From the IMG/VR virus record IMGVR_UViG_3300037791_000044, positions 1 to 24,977 of that record: a DNA stretch of 24,977 nucleotides; one strand, 5' to 3'. Position 1 is the stretch's first letter; every line of letters begins with the position of its first letter. This DNA comes from a virus (taxonomy: Duplodnaviria > Caudoviricetes). The notes below the pieces were generated by a model that made no database searches, was not told the origin of the DNA, and saw nothing but the letters and a program-made list of their open reading frames with translations. Positions 1 through 9,465 of this stretch are shown one piece after another. Made by a program: the position numbers and the translations under genes.

Positions 1-888
1 TCACAAACTCCCACCGAGGTTCGAAATGAGCAGGTCGCCGGCGGGGGTCCAGAAGACCGATATATAATTCCAGGCGCCGGGTCCCCGAAGGGTCCACTCC
101 ACCGGATCGCCAAGCCATACCCCCAGCATCGCGCCGTTGGAACTTTGCACCGTCGCAGTCCGACCTCCAGTCCCATCCTGTTGGATTTTCAGCAGTATGC
201 TGTAGCCGTATCCGGGGAGTGATGGCGGGGCCACCGACAGGATACAGTCGCCGACGATCGTCCCGTAGGCGAACTGGGTCGTATTTGGCGTGATGTTGAC
301 GGTCCCGGTAAGCGCGCCCAAGCTGGTCCCACGCAGTTCTCCACCGGCATCAACACGGATCGGCCCGGTAAAAACCGCCGAACCCGACGCGTTCAAGTTT
401 TTCAGACTGGAAAGCCCAGTCCCGTGGGGCGTAATTACGACGTTGCCATTATTTCGTGACGTAATGGCGAAATCGTTGACGCAAAGATCGCGCACCAATT
501 CGTTTAGAGAGGTATTCGGGATTCCAATCACCCAATCAGACGCGAGGCCTCCGACAGCTATCGTCACTGAAATCGAAAGGGTGGTTTCTACAAAAGCGGT
601 GACGGTGCCAACCATGTAGATGCCCGGATTGCTTTGGCTTTTGACCTGCACTAAAGCCCCGACGGGGATCACGGAAACGGCGGCCTGTTGATCCGTGGTC
701 AAGGAAATCGCGCCTAAACCCGGCGCGAGCGGTGTCGCCGACGTTGCCCCCAGCCCCTTCAGAAAGCGCGTCTCACTCGCAATTGCAGCGAGGATTGCCG
801 GAAACCCGGATTGCTCGTCCGCATAGGCGGTACCTTCGACATTCGCATCGGTGAAGGTTTGGCCCGCAAGGTTCACACTCCAACTCAT
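1..888 (-). CDS. Putative tail fibre / receptor-binding protein (295 aa)
   Basis: GGAGA RBS. Thr/Gly/Val-rich and beta-strand-like. The N-terminal 'TSATPLAPGLGAISLTT..YMVGTVTAF..LSISVT..SDWVI' and C-terminal 'LKIQQDGTGGRT..W' segments resemble phage fibre modules. Lies downstream of the tail tip genes. Confidence 0.65.
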   Translation of the reverse strand: MSWSVNLAGQTFTDANVEGTAYADEQSGFPAILAAIASETRFLKGLGATSATPLAPGLGAISLTTDQQAAVSVIPVGALVQVKSQSNPGIYMVGTVTAFVETTLSISVTIAVGGLASDWVIGIPNTSLNELVRDLCVNDFAITSRNNGNVVITPHGTGLSSLKNLNASGSAVFTGPIRVDAGGELRGTSLGALTGTVNITPNTTQFAYGTIVGDCILSVAPPSLPGYGYSILLKIQQDGTGGRTATVQSSNGAMLGVWLGDPVEWTLRGPGAWNYISVFWTPAGDLLISNLGGSL

Positions 889-978
889 TTCACATCTCCA
901 TGACGAAAAAACAGATCACCCCGGCCGACGTGAAACATCGACAGGCTCATCATTTGATTGGGGACCGTCGGACGCAGA

Positions 979-1833
979 TCAGAGCAGCTCTTCGATCGTG
1001 AAGCTCTTCGAGTAGCGATTGTGTATCGGGTTCAAAATCGGGGTGTTGTCCTGCAAGACGCCGTATACGGAATGCCGATGTCGATGGATGGGGTCATCTG
1101 GGTCTATCATGACGAAGAGATCCCCACCGGTTCCTTTTAAACGCTCCATCTCATAAGCATTCCCGAACATTTCATCCCGCTCGAGATAGTCGATGGAAAA
1201 TCTCAACCGCCTATATTTGGGCTGCACGTCGACATAAGTTTGTCCGCCTCGAGACTTCACCCGTCGGCTGGTATCCACTTGTTCGATCGACCAGCCGTAT
1301 TGCAGATTGATTGATGGTCTCCACGCCGGTCCGACCAGCAGGCGGCCAGCCTCGAGGTATCCGCTCGGATTCTGTGGATCGATAAGCTCGATCAGCACAA
1401 ACCTGGCGATCACCGGCTGCGCGATCAGCTCGAAAGCCGCGATACCATAGGTGACCGCTTCGTCGGCCAACAGGCGCCCGCCCCAATTAAACTCACCCCA
1501 AAGGCCTTGGCCAAAGGGTTGAATGGTCGGCCAAATATCAATCACACCTGAATCGTGAACGACGTCCTCAAACGCGGCATCTTGAGAAAGCGTTACCCGC
1601 CAACGTCCATTCTGGGTGAGATTGTGCCTGAGCAGAGCCAGGAAAGAGACCGGTTTCGGGTCACCGAAATCGGCAATAAAGCGGGTGTCGGCCGGGTCGG
1701 CATTCGTGCTGCGCGCGACCAGGCTGGGCTGACGGGCAGCCAGGTTTTCAATCGGCAGCTCGGCGCTCCAGCTTCCACCAGAAACGGTGGCCGTATCGAA
1801 ATTGTTGCGGTAGGCGATCAGAACCTGTCCCAT
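979..1833 (-). CDS. Tail tip / distal-tail-like structural protein (284 aa)
   Basis: Start re-called to ATG 1833, 4 nt after the upstream stop, with GGGGA RBS. The pattern 'GYLEAGRLLVGPAWRPSINLQYGWS..D.S....SRGG' is typical of siphophage tail tip proteins. Synteny supports this. Confidence 0.7.
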   Translation of the reverse strand: MGQVLIAYRNNFDTATVSGGSWSAELPIENLAARQPSLVARSTNADPADTRFIADFGDPKPVSFLALLRHNLTQNGRWRVTLSQDAAFEDVVHDSGVIDIWPTIQPFGQGLWGEFNWGGRLLADEAVTYGIAAFELIAQPVIARFVLIELIDPQNPSGYLEAGRLLVGPAWRPSINLQYGWSIEQVDTSRRVKSRGGQTYVDVQPKYRRLRFSIDYLERDEMFGNAYEMERLKGTGGDLFVMIDPDDPIHRHRHSVYGVLQDNTPILNPIHNRYSKSFTIEELL

Positions 1834-1837
1834 GCGT

Positions 1838-3352
1838 TCATCCCCAAAGATCAAGAGTGACTTCATTAACCGCTGCGTCCTCCGTCATTCCGACGACCAC
1901 CAACAACCGACCGGTACCGAGGCGATAGCGCGGATAGGTGATCCGGATGGATTGGCCCAATTCCAAGGCATAGGGCTGGGTTTTCAAGCGCACACGAAAG
2001 GCATCCCGATCTGCACCGAATATCGCAAGGCGTCGCGACGCTTCGGTCTCGGCATCAACCTTAAGGGCCAAAGATGTCTCGTCGACGATTTCTTCGGACA
2101 GCGGGTGACGGGTCTTGATCGATGGATCGTCGGCAACGCTGTAGCGAAAGCTCTCGGCCAAATCCGCCCGCGTTTCTTCATCGACCACGCCAGCAACGCC
2201 ATCAGGGCCGATCACCGTCCAGTATTTCCGATACCCGATCTTGCGGCGCCACGCAGGCAGCGATACCGCCACCCGTTCGATCTCCAGAATCTCCTGCTCT
2301 GAGAATGCAAAAAGCGCTGGTTCGACGGGAGCCGCAATCCGGTCAATCGTCAGCTTGCCCGCCCGATTGAATCCGAAATGTGCCCCGACCCCGGCCACGA
2401 CCTGGTCCAACAAGTCGAGAATATTGATCTCATCGGCCGAGAAGATGCCAACCGGCGCCGTAACGGCTGCCATCGCCTGGAAGCTGGGGATATCAAAATC
2501 GTCGGGATCACTCAGATCGCTTCGGGTGCCCACAACGCGTTGCACAATCGAGCCGACCAGTTCGACATAACTTCCGTCTAACTTATCACCTCGAACGTCC
2601 GCCGTGATCTGCCCTGCAGACCCGGCCCCGAGCGTGAACGTTCCCTGACCCGTATTGACGGCATATTGACCCGCAGACGGCGGCCCTGAAACCTTGGTCA
2701 GCGGCACGCCGGTGTCGTAGACCGCATCTACATCTTCAATTGCACCGTCATGGACCTGATAAAGCAACGCGCTGGGATCGACGAGCACCGGTTCGATGTG
2801 AAAGACACGGCCGTAGCACAACGGTTTAGGGCGCCCTTCCAGGCCTGCCCGACCGTCGAGACCTCCCGTGCCGCCATAGCTGGCTCTTTGGATATCGACG
2901 TCGAGTTTGGATTGAAGGTCACGTAAACGAACTGTAACCAGCGCGTCATCGAACTCAATTTGCTCAGCCGTTCCATCGAAGATCAGCCCAAAGTCGTCTA
3001 TCGAAAAACCGTCGCCACCGAGATAGACCCGGACGCGGCGACCATCGAATGCGAAACCGGCCAGATCATCCAGGCCACCATCGGCATTATTCAGAGCCAA
3101 AACGCCGAAGCCGGGGAATGATCGGCCGCCCACCCTACCGGACGAGAACAGCTCCCGCTTAAAATTGAGAGGCGTCACCAAACGCGGGGCGTAGTACGTG
3201 TTCGCCGGCGTATCCAACGGCCCGGTGGTGAAGCCCCGGTCGCTAAACCGCAACTCGGTCACCCCTCCCAGCTCGGGATCAAAAGGCTCGATGACGACCA
3301 GGTAGGATCTAGGCCCAACTGTGTCGGCGATCAGGTTCTGGAAAAGGCTCAT
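1838..3352 (-). CDS. Tail tip / baseplate hub-like protein (504 aa)
   Basis: ATGA-coupled to the tape measure stop. Motifs 'YGGTGGLDG..LEGRPKPLCYGRVFHIEPVLVD..LLYQVHDG' and C-terminal 'ITYPRYRL..G..VTLDLWG' recur in alphaproteobacterial phage tail proteins. Confidence 0.72.
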   Translation of the reverse strand: MSLFQNLIADTVGPRSYLVVIEPFDPELGGVTELRFSDRGFTTGPLDTPANTYYAPRLVTPLNFKRELFSSGRVGGRSFPGFGVLALNNADGGLDDLAGFAFDGRRVRVYLGGDGFSIDDFGLIFDGTAEQIEFDDALVTVRLRDLQSKLDVDIQRASYGGTGGLDGRAGLEGRPKPLCYGRVFHIEPVLVDPSALLYQVHDGAIEDVDAVYDTGVPLTKVSGPPSAGQYAVNTGQGTFTLGAGSAGQITADVRGDKLDGSYVELVGSIVQRVVGTRSDLSDPDDFDIPSFQAMAAVTAPVGIFSADEINILDLLDQVVAGVGAHFGFNRAGKLTIDRIAAPVEPALFAFSEQEILEIERVAVSLPAWRRKIGYRKYWTVIGPDGVAGVVDEETRADLAESFRYSVADDPSIKTRHPLSEEIVDETSLALKVDAETEASRRLAIFGADRDAFRVRLKTQPYALELGQSIRITYPRYRLGTGRLLVVVGMTEDAAVNEVTLDLWG

Positions 3353-6300
3353 GCCACCCTCCCGGAAACCCGACTTCCGGCCACCGTCCGTTCAAGCGTC
3401 CGTCGCAGGGTCGCATTCTCCGCACGCATGTCGGAGACCTCGCTCCGTAGACGCTTGGTCTCATCGACAAGCATCTCAATTCCACGCGCCTGCCGTTCCG
3501 ACAAACCGCTATCGGCGGCCCCTTGATCATTGGCGGGCTGGGTCACCGTAACGGGAATGGTTCGGCCGTCCGGAAGTGGAACGAACGCCTCCGGTGTGCG
3601 GCCTTCTCCAAACAATGTCAGCTGCGGGCCATAAGCTATGCCACCCTGATCATAAGCCTTGAGGGCGAGTGGCCCGAACGCCGTCATGATGCCGCCGTCC
3701 GCAAACCCGATCGTATTCGCAAGGGTATCGACAAGAGCATTGGTCTCCGACGAAAGGCCCGAGCGAAACGTGCCGAAACCGCCGGATCCGAAATCTCCCG
3801 CATACCCAGTGATACGCGCTATCAAGCGGTTGCGGGTGGGGTTGGCGCCGAATTCGGCGTCCGGGTTGGGTAAATCACCGAGATCTCCGGAGAGCGAACG
3901 ACTGATGTCCCGAAGCGTCTCAAGCTGTTCCTCGGCGACCCGAAGCTGTGATTCAGCAATGCTTTCGGTGCTTTCGAGCGCGCCATCCACCTGCTCGAAG
4001 ATACGGGCGTAGTCCTCGCTGCTCGCGTAGAAACTTCTCGCAAGTTCAAGGTACTCGACGCTCGCGTCTGAAAGCTCCGCTTGGGCTTCCAGATCGCCAC
4101 TCTGCGCCAAGTTGGATAGATCTTCAAAACGCAACCGTGCCTGCTCAAGCTGGTCAGCAGGAGATAAAATCGAAAGCTCGCCGGACATGATCCTGCGCCT
4201 GGCTTCGCCGATTTGTTCAACCACCCGACCCGAGGCGTTTGCAAGCTCCTCCTGTTCTCGGATCTGCTCTCCAAGCTCTTGGGTGGCCAGCGCCGTTATC
4301 TGAGCCAGTGTCATCTGAGCGGCAGCGTTATCGTTTGCGGCTGTCGTGCCGACCGACAAAGTGTCGTTCAAAACATCCATAACCGCTTCGTTGTCCGCGA
4401 AGGTGATCTTTAGCTCCTCCATCGCAGCGATCGTCAGATTTCCGCTTTGGAGCATTGTCTCCAACTGTTGAGAGAACAGCTCATCCAAGCCTGAAACATC
4501 CGCGCCGATTGCAATACCGTCCTGTCGACGCGTGTCGATTGACTCAACCAAACCCCCAACCGAATCTACAATTCCCAAACCGTTGCCAGCACGGATATCG
4601 GCGGCGACGCCCTCCTCAAAATCATTGATGACAGCCTGCTGAAGATCAGCCGACGCGGCATCCAAAGACGCGGTGGACTGTGCGACGAAAGCATCGACCG
4701 CATCAGCCAACTCGGGGAACTGCTCCTTCAGCTCTTGCAAACGGTCTGTCAGAGCCGGCATTTGGTCTTCGAACTCGGCTAAAGCCGCCTGACCCTCCAG
4801 CAAGCGCTTCTCGAACTCTCCGAGTTGTTCAGGCTCAAAAGCGCCTGTTAGGGTTCCGATGAACGTCTCGACATCCGCTTGAGCGATATCGATGCCGTCT
4901 AGAATTCGATCGATGTTTTCCTGGTAGGCTGTGGCCGCGTCTTCGGTTTCAAATCTTTGATCCCCAACGGGGGTATCCAGTGAAACCACGCTTTCAATGC
5001 TGGAAATCGTCCCATCTGTGAGGGCTTCACCCACAAGATTTATAGCCTCGACGAGGGAGTCTACCGCCCCGAGGACCTCGCCTTCGGGATCCAACACTTC
5101 AAACTTTCCGTCACGTCCCAGTGACGCATTAGATCGCGTGCTGTATTCGGCCTCGCCAATCCGGAAGCCGCCAAGGCCGTTGAACTTCCCCTCGTCCGCA
5201 GGATCTTCCACGAGAACAAAGTCCTGTGGCAGTCCTGAAATACGCCCGCGTTCCTGTTCGACAGTCATGAGGCTTGCGCCGAGAGCGACGTCCACCGGAT
5301 CTACTTGGCCGGACTCATCCGTGATATCGCCATTTGGGTTGAACAGTTTGAAAATGCGATCCAGGCCGTCGAATATCTCGCCAAAGCGTTCCCCCGCCAA
5401 CTCACGACCGGTCTTCTCCGCCTCTAGACGCTGACGAGCCAAGGCCAAAGTCATCGCATCTATAGACTCTCCGGTATCCTGAAACTCCTGTCGCAATCGC
5501 CCGAAAGCATCGGCAAAGTCGAGGTCCTCAAGCAGCTCGTCCAGGTCTTCAGCCGTGCTGTTCTTGGCGGCCTCTGCGACCTCCGGTGAGTCAAAATCTT
5601 GAAGACCTTGCTTCAATGCCAGAAACACAGCCTTTTCGATAACTTCAGGTTCGGTGAGGCCTTGGATATTCTCATCCTGGCCGAGGACGCCATTCAAAAT
5701 GGTGGATAGCGTGTAGCCACTTTCCCGGCCCGAGCCCGACTCGGGACTGGAGAAATATCCGATGTCGAGGCCGAAGTTCCGATACCCTGCGCCGTACCGC
5801 ACACGCACGTCGTCGACGGCATCGAAAATTTCATCGGTCAGATTGGAAAGGGCGTCGGGATCGCCTCCGTTATCGGCGCTTCCGACCTGGGAGCCTCGTC
5901 CTTCGGGGAACAGCAACCGCGAGATTGTGGTGGGGCCTACAGAGGGTGTTCGCTCGAACAACATCGGACCCAGAATTTCAATCGCCATCATCGCCGCTGC
6001 AATGTAGGGATTTGCGCCGGCCAGGGCGGTGCCCGCCGTGCTCCCTGCACCACCTGCGGCGGCGCCAAAGAAACTGCTTCCCGCACCTATGGCCGTGCTC
6101 GCCACATTTGCTACAGTCGACCCACCCGAGCCGGCCGCACCGGAAGCCGTTCCACCGGAATTGCCGAAAATACCGGCGATCGAACTGATGATCTCGGAGA
6201 AGCCGCCTTGATTTTCCGCTTGCGCGCCTGATCCCGCTCCGCCCGGGAAAAAGCCCGACAGCAAGGAACTTCCAACCGAGAATATTTGGTTCAACCCAAC

Positions 6301-6912
6301 GCCTCGACCGCTTTCGACTCCGCCTATCAGGCGTCCCACCTGGCCCACGAAGCTCGACATGTCGGTCCCGCTGAGCGCCGAAAAAAAATCCGCCACAAGG
6401 GGTTCGACGGCATCAAACACGCCCGATACTGAGACCTTGCCATCCCGCTCAATCTGCTCGAACAGCGTCTTGAAAGTCGTCGCAAGCTTCCCACCAAATC
6501 CGTCCCATTCTTTTGCAACCTTGTCCTCGGCGTCCTTATGGGCTTCGGCCAAGGCGTCGACCTGATCCGTGCTGGCCGCATAAGCGCGATTGGTCCGCTC
6601 GATCGTCTCCAACCGCTCTCGCTCCAAGGCGACCGGGTCCAAATCCGAGCGCGACGCGGACGCGTCGGAAAAACGATCAACCGGCCCGAAGCTGTCGATA
6701 TCGGCAAGACGCTGGGCAATGCCGACGGTCAGACGGCTTAATGCCATCTCAGTATTCGAAATGGTGACAAGCAGCCTTTCGAAAGCCCCATTGATTGCGA
6801 CCGCCGACTTGGCCATCTCGACACCAGAACGGCTGGTCCCACCCGACGCGGCAACAGGATTGGAAGGAGGCCCGTAGGCACTGATCAATTGCTCAAAACT
6901 GGTCATGCTCAC
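3349..6912 (-). CDS. Tape measure protein (1187 aa)
   Basis: Longest ORF, directly after the tail chaperones. Helical and Ala/Glu/Leu-rich, with a Gly/Ala-rich hydrophobic stretch. C-terminal 'FADGGIM..AYDQGGIA..LFGEG..PEAFVPL' motif of lambdoid tape measures. Confidence 0.85.
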   Translation of the reverse strand: MSMTSFEQLISAYGPPSNPVAASGGTSRSGVEMAKSAVAINGAFERLLVTISNTEMALSRLTVGIAQRLADIDSFGPVDRFSDASASRSDLDPVALERERLETIERTNRAYAASTDQVDALAEAHKDAEDKVAKEWDGFGGKLATTFKTLFEQIERDGKVSVSGVFDAVEPLVADFFSALSGTDMSSFVGQVGRLIGGVESGRGVGLNQIFSVGSSLLSGFFPGGAGSGAQAENQGGFSEIISSIAGIFGNSGGTASGAAGSGGSTVANVASTAIGAGSSFFGAAAGGAGSTAGTALAGANPYIAAAMMAIEILGPMLFERTPSVGPTTISRLLFPEGRGSQVGSADNGGDPDALSNLTDEIFDAVDDVRVRYGAGYRNFGLDIGYFSSPESGSGRESGYTLSTILNGVLGQDENIQGLTEPEVIEKAVFLALKQGLQDFDSPEVAEAAKNSTAEDLDELLEDLDFADAFGRLRQEFQDTGESIDAMTLALARQRLEAEKTGRELAGERFGEIFDGLDRIFKLFNPNGDITDESGQVDPVDVALGASLMTVEQERGRISGLPQDFVLVEDPADEGKFNGLGGFRIGEAEYSTRSNASLGRDGKFEVLDPEGEVLGAVDSLVEAINLVGEALTDGTISSIESVVSLDTPVGDQRFETEDAATAYQENIDRILDGIDIAQADVETFIGTLTGAFEPEQLGEFEKRLLEGQAALAEFEDQMPALTDRLQELKEQFPELADAVDAFVAQSTASLDAASADLQQAVINDFEEGVAADIRAGNGLGIVDSVGGLVESIDTRRQDGIAIGADVSGLDELFSQQLETMLQSGNLTIAAMEELKITFADNEAVMDVLNDTLSVGTTAANDNAAAQMTLAQITALATQELGEQIREQEELANASGRVVEQIGEARRRIMSGELSILSPADQLEQARLRFEDLSNLAQSGDLEAQAELSDASVEYLELARSFYASSEDYARIFEQVDGALESTESIAESQLRVAEEQLETLRDISRSLSGDLGDLPNPDAEFGANPTRNRLIARITGYAGDFGSGGFGTFRSGLSSETNALVDTLANTIGFADGGIMTAFGPLALKAYDQGGIAYGPQLTLFGEGRTPEAFVPLPDGRTIPVTVTQPANDQGAADSGLSERQARGIEMLVDETKRLRSEVSDMRAENATLRRTLERTVAGSRVSGRVA

Positions 6913-7241
6913 GGGCTCCCTTGTGTGCTGCGCTCGCGCCGCCGCTCGGCAACGCGGGTGAGATAGGCGTCGTCCATTGCGCGGATCAGATGAATGAAGT
7001 CTTCGGTCTCCCGCATATCAAACAAAGCGCAGTAGGCCTGGATTTCAGTCAGTGGAATGGGTCCCGCAACAGCCAGGGTCGGACCGGCGTGAAGCGGTCG
7101 GCTCGCCGACAGGACCCCGAACGCCCGGAGCACCGGCTCCAGATCCTCGAAAACGTCCGGTTTGTCCGTTAGCGCTTGCGGGATGATCCCGCTCTGATCA
7201 GCAAGCGCGTTCAGGAAGTCGAGCTGGTTTCCCCAGTCCAA
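6909..7241 (-). CDS. Tail assembly chaperone C-terminal part (gpT-like), probably made as a -1 frameshift fusion
   Basis: Only a TTG start. Lies in the -1 frame relative to the upstream chaperone and is open from the slippery site. 'AFGVLSASR..GPIPLTEIQAY..IRAMDDAYL' motif. Confidence 0.8.
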   Translation of the reverse strand: MDWGNQLDFLNALADQSGIIPQALTDKPDVFEDLEPVLRAFGVLSASRPLHAGPTLAVAGPIPLTEIQAYCALFDMRETEDFIHLIRAMDDAYLTRVAERRRERSTQGSP

Positions 7242-7666
7242 CTGCCACTGGACGACGTCTCGGAGTTTTTTTCCGCGTCCTCCAGATCCTGCTGACGGTA
7301 GAGTTCCAGATCGCTCGCCATTTCAACGACAAGGTCCCGGAAATCCTTGAACCGCGTATCGCACAAGAGGGTCCGCGCGGCCTCCGCAGAGTACGTCAGC
7401 GGTGCGCCGCCATCGGTCAGCCCCTGCCAATCCAGCAGCACCGTTTCCGCCAGAACCTCGGCGGTGATCTGCTCCGTTACACGCTCATCCAACGTGCCGT
7501 TGCGAAGGGCCCGGCGGTATGGTTTTAGCCGTTTTGTCATCGCTTCGCGGTAACGGCGGTTACCGATACGAGCGATCTTGATTCGGGCGCCGGTGCCGAC
7601 GTCGACCGAGGTCCAAACGCCCTCATCTTCGAGCTGCGGATCGGCTTTGAAGCGGGTGAGGTCCAT
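7211..7666 (-). CDS. Tail assembly chaperone (gpG-like, 151 aa)
   Basis: GAGGAG RBS. Sits between tail tube and tape measure. 'EDEGVW..IKIARIGN..LAETVLLDWQG..YSAEAA..LL' pattern, with EKN at the slippery site. Confidence 0.85.
   Translation of the reverse strand: MDLTRFKADPQLEDEGVWTSVDVGTGARIKIARIGNRRYREAMTKRLKPYRRALRNGTLDERVTEQITAEVLAETVLLDWQGLTDGGAPLTYSAEAARTLLCDTRFKDFRDLVVEMASDLELYRQQDLEDAEKNSETSSSGSWTGETSSTS
7265..7271 (-). other. Programmed -1 ribosomal frameshift heptamer A-AAA-AAC
   Basis: Minus strand reads GCG GAA AAA AAC TCC. A -1 slip gives ..K-L-R-D-V-V-Q-W-Q-L-D-W-G-N-Q.., in frame with 6909..7241. Confidence 0.85.
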
Positions 7667-7775
7667 ATGGGACTCCTCTCTGATGCGAACGAGACGAATG
7701 AAACGTCAGAGGCAGACGACACCGTTACAAACCGGCGCCGCCTGCGTTATCCGACAATGGTGAAAAGCGAACGGA

Positions 7776-8945
7776 TCAGGCTGCGATCCGGTCGATTTGC
7801 AGTGTACATCCGGTGGTTGGGTCGCGAAGCGCCTGGAAGCTGAGATTGGCCAAAACATCCTGATCGGCCCCGCCCGCGACCACGGCGCCCTGGGTGAATT
7901 TCACCCTTGGCAGCGTGAAGACGTAGCTGTTGCCGTCCGCATCCGTGGTCCGGAACGAGATGTCGGTCGGCGTGTTCTCCAGGTATTTCTGGTAGAGCGC
8001 CCCGTCGCTGAAGTAGACCGTGACCGCTCCTGTGACATTGCAACGACCAGCGCCGATATCGACACTTCCAAGACTGCCGACCGCCTGAATGCCACGCAGG
8101 TTGTTGTTCAAATTGAGAGACAGCGACTGGACGGCCCCGCTGGGCATGAGGGCGCCTGCTTCCCGGATCTCGCCGACGTGGTCCACTGCGTTCAGCACCG
8201 GCGCCACGCTTGCCGCATTCGGAGGCCCCGTACCGCTGGTGGTATCGGACAGAAGGCCGGATTTTCCGTTGAATGAGAACGAGCCCGTCAAAATACTTCC
8301 AGTCGAGATCGACAACGTCATGGCGCCCGGCACCATGCCGGTGAACGTCACGTACTTCCCGACATCGCTGAAAAATTTCTCCAGCGTGAAGGAGGTTTCG
8401 GTCACCCCATTGCGAACCATGCTGCCACCAAGGGTGACGGTGAGGCCGACCGCCGCTTCGTCCGAGTCGGGCGCCGGGGTCACGCCGAGGCTTCCTGCGG
8501 CAATCGAGGTGACTTTATAGAAACCGTTGTTGGCCCCCGAGGCTGCGGAGAACCCATCGACCTTGACCCACTGTCCGACCTCCAGGCCCGCCGAAGAGAA
8601 ATCGGTTACGGAACTGGTAAACGAAGAAGTCGCGTTCGACGCTGCGATATCGTCGGACGCGGTGATCGCGACCGGGAGGCGCCAAGCGTCGAACAAAGCC
8701 GCGGCCAGCAGGGCATCATAGCTGCCGTAGCTGAGCTCGAAGTCGAAGCCGCCGGACGCTTGGCCGCCGGTCTGTATCAGATCGGCGATCTGACGATCCG
8801 ATCGGACCTCTTGGCTTGCGGTCGTGGTGATATTGTAGCCCAGGCTTTCGCGGGTAAAGCGAAGCTCATTCAAGGCGATGGTCGGGATAGCTCCCCACGT
8901 GTTTTCGCTCACGTAGTAGAGTTGCGCGCGGCTTGTGTCGGCCAT
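7776..8945 (-). CDS. Major tail tube protein (389 aa)
   Basis: Start re-called to ATG 8945 (GAAGGAG RBS). Motifs 'LYYVSE.TWG..P..LRFT.ESL..SQEVRSDRQ' and 'SFTLEK.F.D..VTG..TVYF..LY.K..Y.F.LP.VK' match the phage tail tube family. Confidence 0.9.
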   Translation of the reverse strand: MADTSRAQLYYVSENTWGAIPTIALNELRFTRESLGYNITTTASQEVRSDRQIADLIQTGGQASGGFDFELSYGSYDALLAAALFDAWRLPVAITASDDIAASNATSSFTSSVTDFSSAGLEVGQWVKVDGFSAASGANNGFYKVTSIAAGSLGVTPAPDSDEAAVGLTVTLGGSMVRNGVTETSFTLEKFFSDVGKYVTFTGMVPGAMTLSISTGSILTGSFSFNGKSGLLSDTTSGTGPPNAASVAPVLNAVDHVGEIREAGALMPSGAVQSLSLNLNNNLRGIQAVGSLGSVDIGAGRCNVTGAVTVYFSDGALYQKYLENTPTDISFRTTDADGNSYVFTLPRVKFTQGAVVAGGADQDVLANLSFQALRDPTTGCTLQIDRIAA

Positions 8946-9099
8946 CGTGCGGTCTCCTTCGGGTTTCGGATTGTCGGGGTATTGCGAAACGTGACGGGTC
9001 GGCGGTCTGCCAACCCATCGGTGACCGCCCGAGGCGGGCGGCGAAGCCACGCCCTGAACCGATATGTCCGGACGTGGAAAACGGTCTCTGAGGACGGGG

Positions 9100-9465
9100 T
9101 CAGCGCCTCACATGAAGACGATGCAAAACGGCCCGGTCGCCCGCCCAAGTCGAGGCAACGGACACCACGCGGAAGGACGTGCCTTGTAAGACGATCGCGT
9201 CACCCGGGGCAGGCTCGGCCCCACCCGAAAGCGTGTCGGCGGCCAGCATGATCATTCGGTCTCCACGCCGGACCAGACCGTCGGGATGCCCGACCTCGAC
9301 ATCCTCGACCACGCCTGTGACTGCAATCTCGGAGCTGGTTTCGGTAACGACCCCCGTTACCGGATCGTAGCTTGGCGGATTATCCCGGCGCAGCGTCAGA
9401 GCGGTTCCGGCGCGGCCGATCAATCGGGCGGCGGCGGGACCAAGCGCTTCATCAAGCCGGCTCAT
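9100..9465 (-). CDS. Putative head closure / stopper protein (121 aa)
   Basis: ATGA-coupled to the adaptor gene. 'A.RLI...G..LTLRR...YDPVTG..DGLVRRGD..P.PGD..L.VRR' pattern plus synteny. Confidence 0.72.
   Translation of the reverse strand: MSRLDEALGPAAARLIGRAGTALTLRRDNPPSYDPVTGVVTETSSEIAVTGVVEDVEVGHPDGLVRRGDRMIMLAADTLSGGAEPAPGDAIVLQGTSFRVVSVASTWAGDRAVLHRLHVRR

Noticed and set aside
1-9465. Tailocin or contractile injection system interpretation
   Set aside because: No sheath gene, and capsid, portal and terminase are present, so a DNA-packaging non-contractile particle is predicted.
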